From assembly GCA_049975265.1 (NCBI GenBank), contig JBNGDF010000001.1:64001-128000 (forward strand): DNA of 64,000 bases, written 5' to 3'. The stretch is from Fidelibacterota bacterium (GTDB lineage Bacteria > Fidelibacterota > UBA2242). A program made the position numbers and the translations under genes. The notes beneath the pieces were generated by a model that saw nothing but the letters and a program-made list of their open reading frames with translations, searched no databases and was not told the origin of the DNA. Position 1 is the first letter of the stretch, and each line of letters starts with the position of its first letter. Below, one piece after another: positions 59,817 through 64,000 of this stretch.

Positions 59817-60623
59817 ATGAATGATGAACGCGTATCAATTGATTCCGGAAAAGTAATTACGACCCTTTTCTGGGTCGGAGTTTTCAGCATTGCCATGGGT
59901 TTTCTGGAGGCGATTGTGGTGGTGTATCTGCGGAAAATCTACTATCCCGGCGGCTTTGTGTTTCCCATGAGTCCCGTCTCTCCGCAAATGTATCTTGTGG
60001 AACTGGTCCGGGAGATAGCGACGCTGATTATGCTGGTTTCGATCGGGTTTTTAGCAGGCAAGAAGGGGATTCAACGCCTGGCTTATTTTCTGATCAGTTT
60101 CGGCGTCTGGGATATTTTTTATTATGTGGCGCTGAAACTTTTTCTGGACTGGCCTGATTCGCTGCTGACCTGGGACGTGCTGTTTCTAATTCCACTCCCC
60201 TGGCTCGGTCCGGTGATTGCGCCGGTTCTGGTTTCGCTATCCATGATCTGGATCGGGATTAATCTGATTCTGCTGGATGAATTGGATGGTCCGCTGGTGT
60301 TGAAAGCCGACGAGTGGTTACTGCTGATGGCAGGCTGTGGCTTGATATTTATCAGTTTTATCTGGAATTATGCGGCGCTGATTATCCGGAACGGATTTTT
60401 ACCGCAATTTTTCCTTCTGGCGGAAAACCGGGATTTTTTACAAATCGTCTATGATTATGTACCGGAGGATTTTAACTGGTTTCTCTTTTTTGCCGGTGAG
60501 CTGTTGGCTGTTTTAGGTATGCTCAAAATCCTGTTTCAATACCGGCGGCTGATTCAGGAGACTGCCCGGGAGCTGTATGCGCAGCTCCGGATGGCTCAGC
60601 GCCGGGTCTTTCATAGTAATTAA
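59817..60623 (+). CDS. Hypothetical integral membrane protein
   Basis: AMGFLEAIVVVYLR, REIATL.ML, FGVWDIFYY, WDVLFLIP.PW..PV.AP; multiple TMs. Confidence 0.85.
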   Translation: MNDERVSIDSGKVITTLFWVGVFSIAMGFLEAIVVVYLRKIYYPGGFVFPMSPVSPQMYLVELVREIATLIMLVSIGFLAGKKGIQRLAYFLISFGVWDIFYYVALKLFLDWPDSLLTWDVLFLIPLPWLGPVIAPVLVSLSMIWIGINLILLDELDGPLVLKADEWLLLMAGCGLIFISFIWNYAALIIRNGFLPQFFLLAENRDFLQIVYDYVPEDFNWFLFFAGELLAVLGMLKILFQYRRLIQETARELYAQLRMAQRRVFHSN

Positions 60624-60642
60624 CTTAAATTTGGGAGTAGCG

Positions 60643-61278
60643 ATGGGAAAAACAGGAGTGTCATTTATGATTTTTTCTTTGATGGTTGGGCTGACGGCGC
60701 CAATTGGTGCGCAGGACATTGGGCTGCCGCCGCCGAAATTTCAGAAGGACGTTACGCTCTATCAGACTCTGCAAAATCGTAAATCGGAACGCTCTTTTTC
60801 AGAGAAGGAACTTTCAAAGCAACATCTGTCTAATCTGCTCTGGGCGGCATCTGGTATCAATCGCCCCGAGAGCGGTAAACGGACCGCCCCGACTGCCCGC
60901 AATGCTCAGGAAATTGATATCTATGTCGCTCTGAAAGCGGGTCTGTACCTGTACGATGTCAAAGAACACCGCCTGGTTTTGCTGGATAAAACGGACCTGC
61001 GCGGAATGACCGGGACACAGGATTTCGTCGGAACGGCGCCGGTTAACCTCATCTTTGTAGCGGACTACGACCGCCTGAGAGGCAGCGAAGAATCACGAAA
61101 GTTTTATTCTGCCACGGATACCGGTTTTATCAGCCAGAATGTTTATCTCTACTGTGCAGCAGAAGGGCTGGCGACCGTGGTACGCGGCAGCGTCGACCGG
61201 GAAGCGCTGGCGGCTGCGATGAAACTGCGTCCCTCGCAGCATATCATCCTCGCCCAGACAATTGGATATGGAAAGTAA
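60643..61278 (+). CDS. SagB/ThcOx-like nitroreductase family protein with signal peptide
   Basis: RKSERSF, LSNLLWAA.GINR, RTAPTA, QNVYLYC; GGGAG SD. Confidence 0.9.
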   Translation: MGKTGVSFMIFSLMVGLTAPIGAQDIGLPPPKFQKDVTLYQTLQNRKSERSFSEKELSKQHLSNLLWAASGINRPESGKRTAPTARNAQEIDIYVALKAGLYLYDVKEHRLVLLDKTDLRGMTGTQDFVGTAPVNLIFVADYDRLRGSEESRKFYSATDTGFISQNVYLYCAAEGLATVVRGSVDREALAAAMKLRPSQHIILAQTIGYGK

Positions 61279-61933
61279 AACCAGCAGAGGCATACGGAAA
61301 AGAATCATCGATCTGAGCCAGCTGCTGGCAACCGGAATGCCGACCTATCCGGGGGATTTGCCGGAACCGTTAATCCGCTCCGCTGTGAAAAACAATATCC
61401 GTACCTCTACCATCCGGATTGGATCACATTACGGGACTCATATCGACGCTCCGGCGCATTTTTTCCGGGAGGGCTTGACGCTGCTGGATTATCCCCTCAG
61501 CCGTTTTTTTGGGCAGGCGGTCTGTCTCGATAAAACAGAGTCGGCGTCGGGTAAAATCGAGCTGACGAAGAACGAATCAGCCTTGATTGAGCAGCTTGAG
61601 CCGGATTGGATTCTGATCCGGAGCGGTTTTGACCGCTATTGGGCTCAGCCTTGCTATTTTTCAAAGCACCCATTTCTCTCAGAAGAGTTGATTATGAGGC
61701 TTCTTGAGACCAGCGTGATTGGTATTGGGGTAGATTTTCCCAGCATTGATGCGGCGGATGCGGAAGTGACCGATTATCCGGTTCACCGGCGGTGGCTTGG
61801 TGCCGGGCGGCTGGCGGTTGAAAATTTATGCAATCTGCAAAGTCTGCCGCAACATGAGATGTTTGAGTTTTGCGCTCTGCCATTAAAAACAGATACCGAG
61901 GGAGCACCGGTCAGAGCGCTGGCGTTTTTATGA
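61268..61933 (+). CDS. Cyclase family metal-dependent hydrolase (kynurenine formamidase-like)
   Basis: IIDLS, YPGD, HYGTHIDAPAHF, GIGVD, ENL, LPLK, GAPVRA. Confidence 0.92.
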   Translation: MESKTSRGIRKRIIDLSQLLATGMPTYPGDLPEPLIRSAVKNNIRTSTIRIGSHYGTHIDAPAHFFREGLTLLDYPLSRFFGQAVCLDKTESASGKIELTKNESALIEQLEPDWILIRSGFDRYWAQPCYFSKHPFLSEELIMRLLETSVIGIGVDFPSIDAADAEVTDYPVHRRWLGAGRLAVENLCNLQSLPQHEMFEFCALPLKTDTEGAPVRALAFL

Positions 61934-62467
61934 TTTCCCTTTACGAATCAGTCTGACCATAGCCGCCCGGACAGCCGCTAAAAACCGGCGGTTTTTTACC
62001 CAGTAATAATCGTCATAGGTCCAGGGCAGGCAGATAAAATCGCCGTGTGCAAACGGCATGGTAACCTCGGCGTAAATCCCGGCGCCGCAGTAGATCCGGT
62101 GGGAAAAGTTTTTTGTGGAAAAGAGCACCAGCTTTGAAGGCTCCAGATAGCCGGGATCGATATTTACAATTCGACTGGGTTGTGGTGATGTCCTATCAGA
62201 TTCCAGATCATTGGTCCAGACCTTGATCTCGTGAAATCCTTCAAGGCTAACGGGATTTTGAAAAACAAAAAACTGCTTTTGCAGGTGATTACCAAAGTCT
62301 TTGACGTAGTAATCGGTGAAATCGGTAACACGATAAACAGGACCAGACGACATGACGCCGCCCAGCCGACCGGAAAGGATTTTTAGAAGACGATCCAGAT
62401 CCGTTTTTCGGTTGAACATTATCGCCACGAAAGGCAGTGCCTGTGGTGCCGCTTTCAGCATTCCCAT
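61928..62467 (-). CDS. DUF4416 family protein
   Basis: TDYY..FG, R.VNIDPGY, LVL.STKNFSHRIY, GIYAEVT, PWTY.DY. Confidence 0.85.
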   Translation of the reverse strand: MGMLKAAPQALPFVAIMFNRKTDLDRLLKILSGRLGGVMSSGPVYRVTDFTDYYVKDFGNHLQKQFFVFQNPVSLEGFHEIKVWTNDLESDRTSPQPSRIVNIDPGYLEPSKLVLFSTKNFSHRIYCGAGIYAEVTMPFAHGDFICLPWTYDDYYWVKNRRFLAAVRAAMVRLIRKGKS

Positions 62468-62470
62468 TTG

Positions 62471-63817
62471 TCAATCCACTATATTGGTTCTGGTTTTCGC
62501 ATTCAAATCATTGGAAAGTTGACGTAATTCAAGGAATTTTTCCACAGGAAAATCGCGGGAGGCACAGGGGTAGATAGTATTATTTGTAAGTAGCGGGTCC
62601 ATATCATCGGAAACACAGCCGCTCTCCCTGGCGACCCGCCAGAAAGGGGTGTGTGGGATCGGACTAAAGGCAGCCAGCCGGGAGATTGTTCCCTGTTCGA
62701 AAACATAGCGGAGTGTGGTTTCAACGTCGGAATATCTCTGACCTGGCAGCCCCATAATAATATAGACCTCGATGTCCTTCCGCTGGAAACCGGCTTTTTC
62801 GAGGAAGATCAGGGCGTTTTCGAAGTCCCGGGTGGACACTTTATGGCTCGAAGTTTTTTGCCATTTAGGGATGACGGACTCCAAACTCAGGCGAATGGTT
62901 TCAAAGCCGGCTGCCTTCATCAGCTCCGCCAGTTCGGCATCAATTTCCCGGGCAAAGAGTCCGTTGGGTGTGTGAAATTTTACGCTGAGATCCCGGCTGA
63001 TCAGCTCCCTTAATATAGGCTTGATGTGCCGCTCTTTGTGGGTAAAAAGGGCATCGTCGTAGAATGCAAATTCCCGGATGTTGCGTTCCCGGCTCAGGTA
63101 TTGGATCTCCGCCACGACATCTGCCGGTGATCGTTGAGAAAACCGGGGATTCAGGAAAGGGGTGGCGCAGTAATTGCAGTGCATGGGACAGCCCCGGGAG
63201 GTCAGAATTGGGGCGACATTGAGATTGGGATACAGATCCCATGGGGGAATGCCGGCATCGTTGCGTTCCGGAACTTGATGATAGTCACGGGAGATGCCGC
63301 AGAGATGGTCGCTCAGCTCCAGCACCGGCTTCTCACCGTAGCCGGTAATCAGATAGTCGGGGCGGATGGTTTGGCGGGCGTGATCGGAGAAAAGGCTGGC
63401 GTAGATGCCACCCAAGACGATTGTCGTCTCCGGAAAGGTATCGCGTAAAATGGTTACTGTTTTCCGGACTCCGGGATACCAGTAGGTCATGTGTGAGGTC
63501 ACCAAAATGAGTTTTGGCGGTGTAACGTTTTTTAATGCCATGGCGAACTGCTCCCGGCTGGCGCCGTAGAGCCCGAAGCGGCGGGGCACATGGGCAACAG
63601 CAGACGGTTTGGGAATCGGGATTTTCGGGTATTTCCCGCGACTTTCTGAAGGTTTGTCACCGCTCCAGCGCAGCCGGTCGGTTAGATCGATTAGTTCAAG
63701 ATCGTAGCCATACTGGCGCAGGAACTTCCCGATATACAGCAAGCCCAGCGGTTTTGCCCACAAGTCATAGGCGGCGAAGTCGGCGATCCAGGGGTTGATT
63801 AGGAGAACTGGTTTCAT
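62471..63817 (-). CDS. B12-binding-domain radical SAM protein
   Basis: LINPWIADFAAYDLWAKPLGLL, LGGIYAS, TSRGCPMHCNYC, FYDD, HTPNG. Confidence 0.93.
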   Translation of the reverse strand: MKPVLLINPWIADFAAYDLWAKPLGLLYIGKFLRQYGYDLELIDLTDRLRWSGDKPSESRGKYPKIPIPKPSAVAHVPRRFGLYGASREQFAMALKNVTPPKLILVTSHMTYWYPGVRKTVTILRDTFPETTIVLGGIYASLFSDHARQTIRPDYLITGYGEKPVLELSDHLCGISRDYHQVPERNDAGIPPWDLYPNLNVAPILTSRGCPMHCNYCATPFLNPRFSQRSPADVVAEIQYLSRERNIREFAFYDDALFTHKERHIKPILRELISRDLSVKFHTPNGLFAREIDAELAELMKAAGFETIRLSLESVIPKWQKTSSHKVSTRDFENALIFLEKAGFQRKDIEVYIIMGLPGQRYSDVETTLRYVFEQGTISRLAAFSPIPHTPFWRVARESGCVSDDMDPLLTNNTIYPCASRDFPVEKFLELRQLSNDLNAKTRTNIVD

Positions 63818-63952
63818 AATTGCTGGTTAAAAGTACAAATGGATACATGGATAAACAATAGTTTGGAGAGGCGGAGAACTGTTTTTGAAGTTTTTTGATT
63901 TAATCGTAACTTCACATGCAGGTTCAATCTGATTAATTCAGGATTATTTCTA

Positions 63953-64000
63953 TTGACGGACAAAAGCGCAGAAAAAAAGAGACGGATTCTATTTGCCGTA
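63953..64000 (+). CDS. Possible 5' end of a CDS running off the window
   Basis: TTG start after AGGA, open to the window end (MTDKSAEKKRRILFAV). Confidence 0.3.
   Translation, partial: MTDKSAEKKRRILFAV

Overview
A 64-kb chromosomal window spanning the replication-origin region of a diderm bacterium. Gene content (C-terminal sorting-domain surface protein, DUF6588-like barrel, tandem SurA/PPIases, clostridial-type ferredoxin) suggests an FCB-group anaerobe such as a Marinimicrobia- or KSB1-like lineage; this is inference. Left: dnaA (minus strand, running off the window) diverges from rpmH-rnpA-yidD-yidC-mnmE-mnmG-mfd and three PPIase/SurA genes, with two parS sites flanking mnmG. An AT-rich, DnaA-box-bearing gap at about 14.06-14.35 kb coincides with a visible C-rich to G-rich switch and is the likely oriC, about 13 kb from dnaA. 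It is followed by dnaN-recF-dciA-gyrB-gyrA-divIVA. Middle: an uncharacterised five-gene envelope operon (LPP20-, DUF6175- and FlgT-like proteins, one with a barrel) diverges from a roughly 1,660-aa lamin-tail/CARDB repeat surface protein. This is the best candidate for an undescribed system. Right: housekeeping and metabolic genes (djlA-like, birA, coaX, rng, rplU, rpmA, namZ, ferredoxin, MFS, radical SAMs). Recurring oddities are several genes that appear to need non-canonical start codons, three intact-ORF enzymes lacking catalytic residues, and one frameshifted TPR gene. No rRNA, tRNA, CRISPR array or mobile element was seen. All family assignments come from motif recognition by eye; no database search was run.
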